Shown piece after piece: positions 25,981 through 35,446 of a stretch of DNA of 64,000 bases; the first letter of the stretch is position 1, and every line of letters begins with the position of its first letter. Position numbers and translations under genes: made by a program. The DNA is from an uncultured Desulfobacter sp. (GTDB taxonomy: Bacteria; Desulfobacterota; Desulfobacteria; Desulfobacterales; Desulfobacteraceae): NCBI GenBank assembly GCA_963665095.1, contig OY762069.1:5088001-5152000 (forward strand), read 5' to 3'. Under the pieces are notes generated by a model that saw only the letters and a list, made by a program, of their open reading frames with translations, ran no database searches and was not told where the DNA came from.

Positions 25981-27285
25981 ATGGACGTTCCAATTCAGGT
26001 CCACCATGTTTCCAAGGTTTATAAACTGTATGATGACCCTTCCGGCCGTTTAAAAGAGGTTATTTTCAGAGGAAAAAAAAGGCACTGTGAGTTCATTGCT
26101 CTAAACGATATTTCATTTTCTGTGGGGACGGGCGAAACCATTGGGGTAATTGGAAGGAACGGGTCCGGGAAAAGCACGCTGTTGCAGATCATTGCCTCCA
26201 TTGTGGCCCCGACTTCCGGGTCGATTGATATTAATGGCCGGATCTCCGCTCTTCTGGAACTTGGGTCCGGGTTTGATCCTGAATTCACCGGCAGGGAAAA
26301 TGTTTATCTTAACGGCGCCATCCTGGGAATCACCCAGGAGGAGATCAGGGAACGGTTTGATAAGATAGAGCAGTTTGCCGGTATTGGTGCCTTTATAGAC
26401 CAGCCTGTCAAAAATTATTCAAGCGGCATGTATGTTCGGTTAGCCTTTGCTGTGGCTGTAAATGTGAATCCGGACATCCTGCTGGTCGATGAGGCCCTGG
26501 CTGTGGGGGATGTCTATTTTCAGCACCGGTGTATGGCAAAGATTCGGGAGTTTCAGGAACAGGGAAAAACTATTTTTTTTGTTACCCATGATACCGGGGC
26601 CATTGTCAAGCTGTGTACCAAAGCCATGCTGCTGGAAAAGGGTGAAATGATCGCCTTTGGAAAGCCCGATGATGTGGTTCAGGAATATTACAGAATCATC
26701 TGGAACGGGAATGATACCAGCCCTGAGCCGGAGACAGGAGATGCCGACGCCGATGAGCGCCTTGAGGCGGAAGCTGAAGAAGGGATAGAAGCATGGCAGG
26801 CGCATGGAAAGTTTGAAAAAATATCCCATTTTGATAAACGGTTTGGAAATGACAAGGCTGAGATTACAGGCTTCTTATTGGCCGATCATCGGGGAAAAAA
26901 AAGAGATACCTTTAAAACAGGCATGGAGATATGCCTTTCCCTCAGGATACTTGTCCATGAAGATATTGAGATGCCCCTGGCAGGATTTATCGTTAAGGAT
27001 TTGCTGGGCAATGAGCTGATTAAAACCAACTCAGATGTGACCGGAAATGTGCTGAAACCCTGCCGAAAAGGGGATAGTATTCATGTCAGCTTCGTTTTTA
27101 CCATCCCGAGTCTGAGGTCTGGCAGTTATTCTATTTCTGCCGGATTTGGTCTTGGGACCATAGAAAATCATATTGTATACGACTGGCTGGATAATTTTGC
27201 CGTTTTTACTCTGGATACGCCTGAGCTCTCATTCGGCATGCTGGATATACCGGTGAAGACATCGGCAAAGGTTTGGAGGGGTTGA
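25981..27285 (+). CDS. wzt: Polysaccharide ABC exporter ATPase Wzt with C-terminal Wzt_C domain
   Basis: GRNGSGKST, YSSGMYVRLAFA, LLVDEALAVGD; C-terminal beta domain starting RFGNDKAEI. Confidence 0.95.
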   Translation: MDVPIQVHHVSKVYKLYDDPSGRLKEVIFRGKKRHCEFIALNDISFSVGTGETIGVIGRNGSGKSTLLQIIASIVAPTSGSIDINGRISALLELGSGFDPEFTGRENVYLNGAILGITQEEIRERFDKIEQFAGIGAFIDQPVKNYSSGMYVRLAFAVAVNVNPDILLVDEALAVGDVYFQHRCMAKIREFQEQGKTIFFVTHDTGAIVKLCTKAMLLEKGEMIAFGKPDDVVQEYYRIIWNGNDTSPEPETGDADADERLEAEAEEGIEAWQAHGKFEKISHFDKRFGNDKAEITGFLLADHRGKKRDTFKTGMEICLSLRILVHEDIEMPLAGFIVKDLLGNELIKTNSDVTGNVLKPCRKGDSIHVSFVFTIPSLRSGSYSISAGFGLGTIENHIVYDWLDNFAVFTLDTPELSFGMLDIPVKTSAKVWRG

Positions 27286-27333
27286 GGCAAGCGCCTTCAG
27301 ACAAAACCTTTAATTCAAGGATAATGAATCATA

Positions 27334-30300
27334 GTGTCAGAATTGAAATACAATTATGATCTGGATCCGGGCAATCTTGATTCAAGCCATGGAAAGCTTC
27401 TAAATTTGGTGGTTGAAGAGAGCCGGGTGCTTGAGCTCGGGTGTGCCACCGGATACATGACCCGGTATATGAAAGAGATCCTCCATTGCAGGGTAACATG
27501 TGTGGAGATCGACCCAAAGGCTGCTGAACTGGCCCGGGCCTTTTGTGAGAAAATGATTATTGGGGATGTGGAGAGCCTGGACCTGCCGTCCGGCCTGCCG
27601 GAAAAGGCCTATGATATTATCCTGATGGCTGATGTACTTGAGCATCTTAAAGACGCCAAAGGCCTTTTAGTGCGGTTAAGGGAGATTCTGGCCCCGGGAG
27701 GCTTTCTGCTGATTTCCATTCCCAACGGGGTGCATGGCTCTGTGGCCCTGGAGCTTCTGGACGGAAAGGCCGATTACCGGGATACGGGCCTTTTGGACAA
27801 CACTCATCTTCATTTTTTTGATAAGCAAAGCTTTGCTCAGACTTTGGATGCGGCCGGGTATCTCATATCCCATCTTGACCGGATCATTGTGCATCCAAAA
27901 GACACGGAACTGAAAACCCTTTGGGAAAAATACCCCCGGGAGATTACGGCCTACATGGAGAAGGTGAACCCGGAGTTCAAAACCTACCAGTTTGTTATCA
28001 AGGCGTTTCCCACCACCCTTGATGGCTGGAAAACGGGGCTTGAACATGCCGTGGCATCACAGAAGACAATCCGAAGAGATATTGAAAACAGGATGGATGC
28101 CGTTCAGAAGGATCTGGACTGGCATAAAAATGAGATCCAGCGCCTGAACCGGGAACTTGGAGATAAAGAGGAAAAATACAGCCGACTTTTAGCCGGGGAG
28201 CGGACCCGGCTGGAGACTGAAATTAAGGCGCTTCATAAGGCGTATAAAGGAGAGATTCAGCGTTTGGAAAAAGAGCATGCGCTGACTGTTGAGGGATATT
28301 CCCGTGAGATGGAGAGGGTTGGAAAAGAGTGGCAGGGCCGGATGGAACAGGCTAAGAGAGGATGGCAGGCTCAGACAGACCGGATTTCGAACGAATTTAA
28401 GGCTGACAAAGAAGGGTATGAATCACAAATCCTGAACCTGGAAAAGGAGATGGAAACGGTCCATCAGGGCTACCAGGCTGAAATAGACCGGATGCACCAG
28501 GAAATTAAAAAGCGGATCCGGGCGTATGATGCGGCGAAAAATGATTTTAACGGGCTTGAAGCCCATGCCGGACTGCTGCAGCAGGAACTGGATCTGGTAC
28601 ACGGGTCCCTGGCCTGGCGGCTTTTAAACAGGTACAGGCGGATGCTGGACAGGTTCCTGCCGGAAAACAGCCGCAGAAGACGTCTGTACAGGCTCTCGAT
28701 TCTGGCCCCGGTGGTCCTGTTCCGGGAAGGACCTGGCGCCTTTTTCCGGAAAATTGCCCAAAGAGTTCCGGGCAGGCGGGAAAAACAGCGGCCAGTCGTA
28801 TCTTTTGATCTTGAGTTTCCAGTCCAGGAATCCGTAGAAATCAGTATCGTCATACCGGTTTACAATAAGGTGGATTATACATACCGATGCCTGAAATCCA
28901 TTATTGAGGACTCCCATACCCAGATTCCCTATGAAGTAATTGTGGTGGACAATGCATCCTCAGACAATACAGCAGACCTGTTACGGAATACAAAAGGGCT
29001 TATTCCCATCATCAACCAAGAGAACAAAGGCTTTGTCGGAGCATGTAACATGGGTGCAGACAAGGCCCGGGGGCGCTATATTCTGTTTCTGAACAACGAC
29101 ACCCAGGTAACGGAAGGCTGGCTGGACAGCCTGCTAAAACCATTTGAAGAAGACAAAAACGTAGGTATAACAGGCGCTAAACTGTTGTATCCCGACGGCA
29201 CGCTTCAGGAGGCCGGAAACATTATCTGGCAGGATGCCTCCGGGTGGAATTATGGACGGGGTGGAGACCCGGATTGTCCGGCATATTGTTATGAAAAAGA
29301 GGTGGACTATTGCTCCGGTGCCTGTCTGATGATCCCTGCCGTGTTATGGCGGAAAGCAGGCGGTTTTGATCAGCGGTATGCGCCAGCTTATTATGAAGAT
29401 ACCGATTTGTGTTTTACCATCCGAAAACTTGGGTACAAGGTAATTTATCAGCCCCTGGCAAAGGTGGTCCATTACGAGGGAATCACTGCCGGAACCGATA
29501 TCAATACCGGGTTTAAACGGTTCCAGCAGGAAAATCATAAAAAGTTTTTTGAAAAGTGGAAAGAAGTTCTGGCACAACAGCATTATAAAGGGCCGGATGA
29601 CCTTTTCTATGCCCGACAGAGATGCTATGGCAAAACCATTCTGGTCGTGGACCATTATGCCCCCACCTTTGACCGGGACTCGGGCTCTCTTAGGATGTTC
29701 AGTATTTTAAAAATTCTTTCCAGGTCAGGTCATCAGGTGGTTTTCTGGCCTGAAAACCGGGCCTTTAACGAATATACTCAGCATCTTCAAAACATCGGGG
29801 TGGAGGTCCTTTACGGTGATATCAGATTTGATGAATACATGCGGGAAAACGGCCGGTTTTTTGATCTGATAGTTTTTTCAAGGCCCCATGTGGCCGTGAA
29901 TATGATTTACCATGCCCGGACCTTTTCAAAGGCAAGAATCGTTTATGATACGGTGGACCTGCATTTCTTAAGGGAAGAGCGCCGGGCTAAGTTTGATGCC
30001 GCATGCGATGTCGGGTACTGGAAACAGATCGAATTCTTCCTGGCCGATATGGCAGATGATATCCTGGTTGTCAGTGATGTTGAGAAAGCAACCCTGGAAG
30101 CCCACGGGTATAAAGACAAGGTTCAGGTTATCTCCAATGTTCATGAAATTATTGGCGCTTCAAAGCCCTTTGAAGAGCGCAGGGGCCTGTTGTTCATCGG
30201 GGGCTTTATGCATACCCCCAATGAAGATGGCATGATCTGGTTTATTGAGAAGATTTTCCCTAAAATTCAACAGGCCATTGACGGCATCACCTGCACCATT

Positions 30301-30723
30301 GTGGGCAGCCATCCTACAGATGCGATACGATCCCTGGCCGGCGCCGGCATAGAGATTACCGGATATGTTCCGGATGTGTCTTCATATTTTGAGGACAGCC
30401 GGGTGTTTATCTCCCCCTTACGTTACGGGGCCGGAGTAAAGGGAAAAATCGGCCAGAGTCTCTCCTTTGGGTTGCCTGTGGTCACCACGCCTATCGGGGC
30501 TGAGGGCATGGGTGCTGTGGACGGGGAAAATATGCTGGTTGCCGAAGATGAAAACGGATTCGCTGAAAAGGTGATTCAACTTTACCATGACCAGATTCTG
30601 TGGGAAAAACTATCCGTAAAGGGCATGGACCTTATTGAAGAGCGTTTTTCACCCAGGGTGATCAAGAAAGGCCTTGATGAACTTCTTGGCCGAGTAAGGG
30701 AAAAGGGGCCTCGTGGAAATTAA
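27334..30723 (+). CDS. Multidomain methyltransferase - coiled coil - GT2 - GT4 glycan polymerase/terminator
   Basis: VLELGCATG..DVLEHL; ~190-aa coiled coil; SIVIPVYN..VDNASSD..FLNNDT..YYEDTDL; FIGGFMHTPN..PLRYGAGVKGK. Confidence 0.85.
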   Translation: MSELKYNYDLDPGNLDSSHGKLLNLVVEESRVLELGCATGYMTRYMKEILHCRVTCVEIDPKAAELARAFCEKMIIGDVESLDLPSGLPEKAYDIILMADVLEHLKDAKGLLVRLREILAPGGFLLISIPNGVHGSVALELLDGKADYRDTGLLDNTHLHFFDKQSFAQTLDAAGYLISHLDRIIVHPKDTELKTLWEKYPREITAYMEKVNPEFKTYQFVIKAFPTTLDGWKTGLEHAVASQKTIRRDIENRMDAVQKDLDWHKNEIQRLNRELGDKEEKYSRLLAGERTRLETEIKALHKAYKGEIQRLEKEHALTVEGYSREMERVGKEWQGRMEQAKRGWQAQTDRISNEFKADKEGYESQILNLEKEMETVHQGYQAEIDRMHQEIKKRIRAYDAAKNDFNGLEAHAGLLQQELDLVHGSLAWRLLNRYRRMLDRFLPENSRRRRLYRLSILAPVVLFREGPGAFFRKIAQRVPGRREKQRPVVSFDLEFPVQESVEISIVIPVYNKVDYTYRCLKSIIEDSHTQIPYEVIVVDNASSDNTADLLRNTKGLIPIINQENKGFVGACNMGADKARGRYILFLNNDTQVTEGWLDSLLKPFEEDKNVGITGAKLLYPDGTLQEAGNIIWQDASGWNYGRGGDPDCPAYCYEKEVDYCSGACLMIPAVLWRKAGGFDQRYAPAYYEDTDLCFTIRKLGYKVIYQPLAKVVHYEGITAGTDINTGFKRFQQENHKKFFEKWKEVLAQQHYKGPDDLFYARQRCYGKTILVVDHYAPTFDRDSGSLRMFSILKILSRSGHQVVFWPENRAFNEYTQHLQNIGVEVLYGDIRFDEYMRENGRFFDLIVFSRPHVAVNMIYHARTFSKARIVYDTVDLHFLREERRAKFDAACDVGYWKQIEFFLADMADDILVVSDVEKATLEAHGYKDKVQVISNVHEIIGASKPFEERRGLLFIGGFMHTPNEDGMIWFIEKIFPKIQQAIDGITCTIVGSHPTDAIRSLAGAGIEITGYVPDVSSYFEDSRVFISPLRYGAGVKGKIGQSLSFGLPVVTTPIGAEGMGAVDGENMLVAEDENGFAEKVIQLYHDQILWEKLSVKGMDLIEERFSPRVIKKGLDELLGRVREKGPRGN

Positions 30724-32134
30724 TTTTTTTGCCACGTATCGCTGCAATTCAAGGTGTGTCAACTGTTCCATCTGGAAAGGAAGTCAAGCCCCTGAAAAAT
30801 CCGAGATGCTAAACATGGAGGAGTTGAAAGCCCTGTTTTCATCACCGGCTCTGGCAGATAACCGGGCCATTGGCATTGCCGGAGGGGAGCCAACCATCGG
30901 CCCCTTTTCATGGTGCTTGCTACAAGAGGTTCCGGAAAGTAAAAATATCACCATTACCACCAACGCCTTAAGATCTGAAAAACTAATTGATTATCTGAAA
31001 CGTCAGCCCTGTAAAGACAGATTTTTAATTCAGGTTTCCATAGACGGTAACGAAGAGGTGAATGATCAGGTCAGGGGGGTGCCCGGCGGATATCAAAAAT
31101 CGGTTTATTTGCTGGAACAGTTAAAGCGCCTGAATGTCCGCTCTCTGGTGTCCTTTACGGTGAATCGGAAAAATTATCATCAGATCCTGGATGTTTACCG
31201 TTTGGCTGAGCAATATCAGGCCCAGTTTTCCACCCGGATGGCCTATTGCGGCGGCGCCTATGACAATGAGGAAAACAGAGCGCTGTTTGAATTTCAGGAA
31301 GATGAGCTGGATACCCTTGAAAAGAGTATCATTGTGATGGTCAACCAGGCTCTTGACCAGCCCGGGCATCATCCGGCCCAGCTCGTTTTCCAGGACAGGA
31401 TGGTTTCCTGCTACCGGGACAGGAGAGAGCAGCGAAAGGTTCCCTGCCTTGCCATGGAAACCGGCCTGGTTGTAGATTTATACGGGGAAGTTTTCCCCAA
31501 CTGTCCGGTAATTATGGAGAAAAAACTTGGAAACCTAAGAGATAAAAGCCTGGATGAGATCCTTAACAGCATTCAGACCCTGGAACTGAAAGATCATATC
31601 AGAAAGTTTAAATGCGGTGGTTGCTGGAATGATTGCCAGGTAGTCACCAATATTGCACGTTGTCCGGAATACCTGTTCAGGGAGTATAACAGGATCAAAA
31701 TGAGGAAAATTCAAATTCTGGGCAATATCCCTACACGAATTGATCCGGCTGAGGAAAACAATCCGTTTCTGCTTTCCGGCTGGCATCAGCCGGAGAAGTC
31801 GGATACCTTCGGGTATTGCTGGACAGAACCCGATTTTGCGGTGCCAGTCCCCTCCGGTACCCGGGCCATTGAGATGACAGTTTCCCTTCCCGAGTCCAAG
31901 CTGGGACCCTTTGGTACTGAAATTTTATTTTCCGTTGAAGACATGCAAAAAATTGCCGTATCTGTTATTAAACCGGGGTGGCAGACAATTTGTGCGGATT
32001 TTAAGGACTGCACGGTTCAAGCCGGAGTTTGTACGGTGTCAACAGGCAGCGCGTTTTGCCCAGGGGATGCCGGGGAAAGTTCGGATTTCAGGCAGCTTGG
32101 CATGGCGGTCCGGGAGATCAGGTTTTTAGACTGA
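30713..32134 (+). CDS. Radical SAM/SPASM protein with C-terminal beta-sandwich domain
   Basis: CNSRCVNC, GGEP, VSIDG; C..G..VVDLYGEVFPNC..LGN..CGGCWNDC. Confidence 0.85.
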   Translation: MEINFFATYRCNSRCVNCSIWKGSQAPEKSEMLNMEELKALFSSPALADNRAIGIAGGEPTIGPFSWCLLQEVPESKNITITTNALRSEKLIDYLKRQPCKDRFLIQVSIDGNEEVNDQVRGVPGGYQKSVYLLEQLKRLNVRSLVSFTVNRKNYHQILDVYRLAEQYQAQFSTRMAYCGGAYDNEENRALFEFQEDELDTLEKSIIVMVNQALDQPGHHPAQLVFQDRMVSCYRDRREQRKVPCLAMETGLVVDLYGEVFPNCPVIMEKKLGNLRDKSLDEILNSIQTLELKDHIRKFKCGGCWNDCQVVTNIARCPEYLFREYNRIKMRKIQILGNIPTRIDPAEENNPFLLSGWHQPEKSDTFGYCWTEPDFAVPVPSGTRAIEMTVSLPESKLGPFGTEILFSVEDMQKIAVSVIKPGWQTICADFKDCTVQAGVCTVSTGSAFCPGDAGESSDFRQLGMAVREIRFLD

Positions 32135-32144
32135 TGGTGGAAAA

Positions 32145-33539
32145 ATGAAAATTTTGATTCTCGGTGGGGGACCAACCGGCCTGGGGGCCGGGTGGCGGTT
32201 AAATGAACTGGGGCATAGTGACTGGGAGATTTGTGAAGCTTCTGACCACTGGGGGGGGCTTTCCTCTTCATTCAGGGATGAGGAAGGATTTACCTGGGAT
32301 GTTGGCGGCCACGTGCTTTTCAGTCATTATCACTATTTTGATAACGTTATAGATTCTCTTTTCTCATCATCAAAGGGATGGCTGACCCATAACCGGGAAG
32401 CATGGGTGTGGATGGAAAACCGGTTTGTACCATATCCTCTTCAGAACAATATTCATCTGCTGCCCGAAAAAGTTTACTGGGAATGCCTTGAAGGAATTAT
32501 TGATATTCAGAACAGGTCGGAACGTGCATTGCCTGAACATTTCGGCCAGTGGATCCACGCAACGTTTGGGCGGGGCCTTGCCAAATGGTTTCTGGAGCCA
32601 TACAACTATAAGGTCTGGGCGTATCCGCCCAGTGAGATGGGCTGGTCCTGGGTGGGGGAGCGGGTGGCCCCTGTTGATTTGAAACAGATCCTGAAAAATG
32701 CGGTTTTCAAGGAAGATGATAGTGCCTGGGGGCCCAACAGCTGTTTTCGATTTCCTGCCCAGGGCGGAACCGGCGCTATCTGGAAAGAAATCGCATCAAC
32801 TCTGCCGCAGGGAAAAACGGTGCTAGATGAAAAAGCCGTTTCCGTGGACATTCATAAACGGCAGGTCAGGTTTGAGGATGGCAAATCAAGGGATTATGAT
32901 ATCTTATTAACGACCCTTCCTTTGACGGATTTTATCCGGATGGCCGGTATCGACAATGTTTCAGCTGGTCTTCCCGACTTAAAATTTTCTTCCACCCATG
33001 TGACCGGCATTGCCCTTAAAGGAAAAGTACCCGAAAAACTGGCATCCAAATGCTGGATCTACTTTCCGGAAAACAACTGTCCTTTTTACCGGGTAACGGT
33101 GTTCAGCAACTATTCTCCCGGCAATGTCCCGGACAGCGCCACACAGTGGTCCCTCATGTGCGAAGTCAGCGAAAGCCCCATGAAAAGAGTGGATGCAGCT
33201 ACTGTAATTGAAGATGTAGTTCAGGGACTGCTGAATACGGGCCTGATTCCGGACAGGGGTATTATTGATCATACCTGGTACCGGTTTGAAGAAAAATCTT
33301 ACCCCACGCCGTCAAAAAAAAGGGACAGTGCGCTTGTTCCAGCCTTTTTGGAACTTAAGCAAAACAATATCTATTCCAGGGGCCGGTTCGGTGCCTGGAA
33401 ATACGAAGTCGGCAATATGGACCATTCTTTTATGCAGGGTGTTGAATTTGTGAACTCGGTACTGGGCTATGCCGAAGAGATGACTCTGTGGTATCCGGGG
33501 GTGGTGAATGCAGACCACCCTGCAGGCGGCAAACGGTAA
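32145..33539 (+). CDS. FAD-dependent oxidoreductase, eukaryote-type UDP-galactopyranose mutase-like
   Basis: GGGPTGLG, GFTWDVGGHVLFSHY, WVGERVA, WGPN..FRFP..GGTG.IW, PFYRVT, RGRFGAWKYEVGNMDHSFMQGVE. Confidence 0.75.
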   Translation: MKILILGGGPTGLGAGWRLNELGHSDWEICEASDHWGGLSSSFRDEEGFTWDVGGHVLFSHYHYFDNVIDSLFSSSKGWLTHNREAWVWMENRFVPYPLQNNIHLLPEKVYWECLEGIIDIQNRSERALPEHFGQWIHATFGRGLAKWFLEPYNYKVWAYPPSEMGWSWVGERVAPVDLKQILKNAVFKEDDSAWGPNSCFRFPAQGGTGAIWKEIASTLPQGKTVLDEKAVSVDIHKRQVRFEDGKSRDYDILLTTLPLTDFIRMAGIDNVSAGLPDLKFSSTHVTGIALKGKVPEKLASKCWIYFPENNCPFYRVTVFSNYSPGNVPDSATQWSLMCEVSESPMKRVDAATVIEDVVQGLLNTGLIPDRGIIDHTWYRFEEKSYPTPSKKRDSALVPAFLELKQNNIYSRGRFGAWKYEVGNMDHSFMQGVEFVNSVLGYAEEMTLWYPGVVNADHPAGGKR

Positions 33540-33567
33540 GAAGGTATTCTGGAAAGGTAAAGGACGC

Positions 33568-35382
33568 ATGGAATTATCAGGGTATGTCACAGCGGATAAC
33601 AGCGCCCTTGACCATGATATGCTTCATATCCTCGACGACTTTTACCGCAGACAGACACTTTTGCCGGCTGACAAAGATGACAGCAGGGCGGTTGAGGTCT
33701 TTATAAGTGCCCCTTCAGGCACTATTCTTGACGATCTGCCTGATACGCTTCTTGAAGAGATGGCTTGGGCGCTGCTCTGCCGTCCTTCTCATGAACTTCT
33801 TGTACAGCCTTTGCATATCAGTATCGATACGGATTGTAATGGTCTTATTGAGCACCCTTCAGATCGTTATATCCAGGAAGTAATGAAAACCGGATTTTTG
33901 GCTGTTGCCGGGAAAAGAGGGCTTTTCAGCCAGCGCACCAGGGTTTTGGCAAATTCAAAAGGCGCGTTTTTTCTTCATGCCGCTTTAAAATCCGAAACTG
34001 TTTTTTCATATTCAGCCGTTCGTATCACCTCTCCCATGAATATCAGGCAAAGGCTGGTCTCAGACATTAAAAGAAAAATTCCTGCGCCTTTGAAATCACG
34101 TATCCTGCAAATTTATCGCGGGATGATGATGATCGCGGGAAAAAAGGATTTTACCCCAGGGGCCGTGCAGGATCCCGGCCTGGCCAGGCGGAAAAACTGG
34201 GAAAGTGTCTACCCTGTCCTTAAAATAAAATCAAAGCCGATGGATACAGGAGACAGAGTCCCGGTATTAATCGCCATGCACTGGCTTGAGCTTGGCGGTG
34301 CTGAAAAGTTTGCCGTGGATTTGATTAAAAGCCTTCCTAAAGACAAATACGCCTTTTACGTAACCTGTGATGTGCCTTCCCCCAATACCTGGAAAAAGGA
34401 ACTGGCAGGTTTTGTTCAGGAAATCTGGGAGCTGCCCGTATTTCTGCCTGATTCCATGGCCCACACTTTTTATAAAGAGTTCATCCGGACAAGAAAGATT
34501 AAACTGCTCCATATCCACCATGGGGTAAAAGTCTACCAGTCTCTGTTTTACCTCAGGCGTTTTTATCCTGATCTGGTTATTCTGGACAGCCTTCACATTA
34601 TTGAGATGCCTCCCAATATCGGCGGGTACCCTGAATACGCAGGCCGGGACCTTTCCCCATTGATGAATCATCATCATGTAATCAGTGACAAGCTGAAGCA
34701 TTTTTTGGTGCAAAGGTGGCAGGTTCCGGAAGAAAAAATCACCCGGGTATATTTAAACGTTGATCATGAATATTTTAACCCTGATATCATTCAGAAGCAT
34801 TTTGTCAGATCCCGGTTCAATATACCGGATGATGCGCTTCTGATAGGCTTTATAGGTCGGTTTGTCGTTCAGAAGCAGCCCTTGGTGTTTGTTGAGATGG
34901 CAAAACGGCTGAAAGATCAGATTCAGCAGGCAGGCCATGATGTTTTTTTTGTTATGGTGGGCTCAGGGCCGCTTAAAGGCGCTATTGAGAAAAAGATTGG
35001 CCAGGATGAGCTGAGTCGCGTGCTTTTTATTCACGAGGAGGTTGTGGATACAAGGCCGGTATACAGGGATATTGACCTACTGGTGATGCCTTCTGAAAAT
35101 GAAGGCCTTGCGCTGGTCTCCTATGAGGCCATGGCCATGAAAGTGCCTGTTGTTTTCAGTGATGTGGGCGCTCAGTCCGAGCTGCAGGATTCCCGGTACC
35201 TTGTTTCACCCGAAGAAGGTGATCAGGCTTCAGCATTTGCCGATAAAACCATGCCTCTGATTCGGGATATTGACCAGCTAAGGCAGTCTGGTGAGGCCCT
35301 GCGCAGTTACATCCTGGAACACCACCGGGCATCTGACACAATTAAAGAGATGGCGTCGCTGTATGACCGTTTGTTAGAATAG
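33568..35382 (+). CDS. GT4 glycosyltransferase with N-terminal extension
   Basis: LELGGAEK, FIGRFVVQKQP, PSENEGLALVSYEAMA; start taken at ATG 33568 after AAGGA. Confidence 0.85.
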   Translation: MELSGYVTADNSALDHDMLHILDDFYRRQTLLPADKDDSRAVEVFISAPSGTILDDLPDTLLEEMAWALLCRPSHELLVQPLHISIDTDCNGLIEHPSDRYIQEVMKTGFLAVAGKRGLFSQRTRVLANSKGAFFLHAALKSETVFSYSAVRITSPMNIRQRLVSDIKRKIPAPLKSRILQIYRGMMMIAGKKDFTPGAVQDPGLARRKNWESVYPVLKIKSKPMDTGDRVPVLIAMHWLELGGAEKFAVDLIKSLPKDKYAFYVTCDVPSPNTWKKELAGFVQEIWELPVFLPDSMAHTFYKEFIRTRKIKLLHIHHGVKVYQSLFYLRRFYPDLVILDSLHIIEMPPNIGGYPEYAGRDLSPLMNHHHVISDKLKHFLVQRWQVPEEKITRVYLNVDHEYFNPDIIQKHFVRSRFNIPDDALLIGFIGRFVVQKQPLVFVEMAKRLKDQIQQAGHDVFFVMVGSGPLKGAIEKKIGQDELSRVLFIHEEVVDTRPVYRDIDLLVMPSENEGLALVSYEAMAMKVPVVFSDVGAQSELQDSRYLVSPEEGDQASAFADKTMPLIRDIDQLRQSGEALRSYILEHHRASDTIKEMASLYDRLLE

Positions 35383-35446
35383 AATACTTTTGTTGTGGGA
35401 TTAACATTTTAACCAGAGAGTGATCTGAAAATATTCGCAAAATGAT

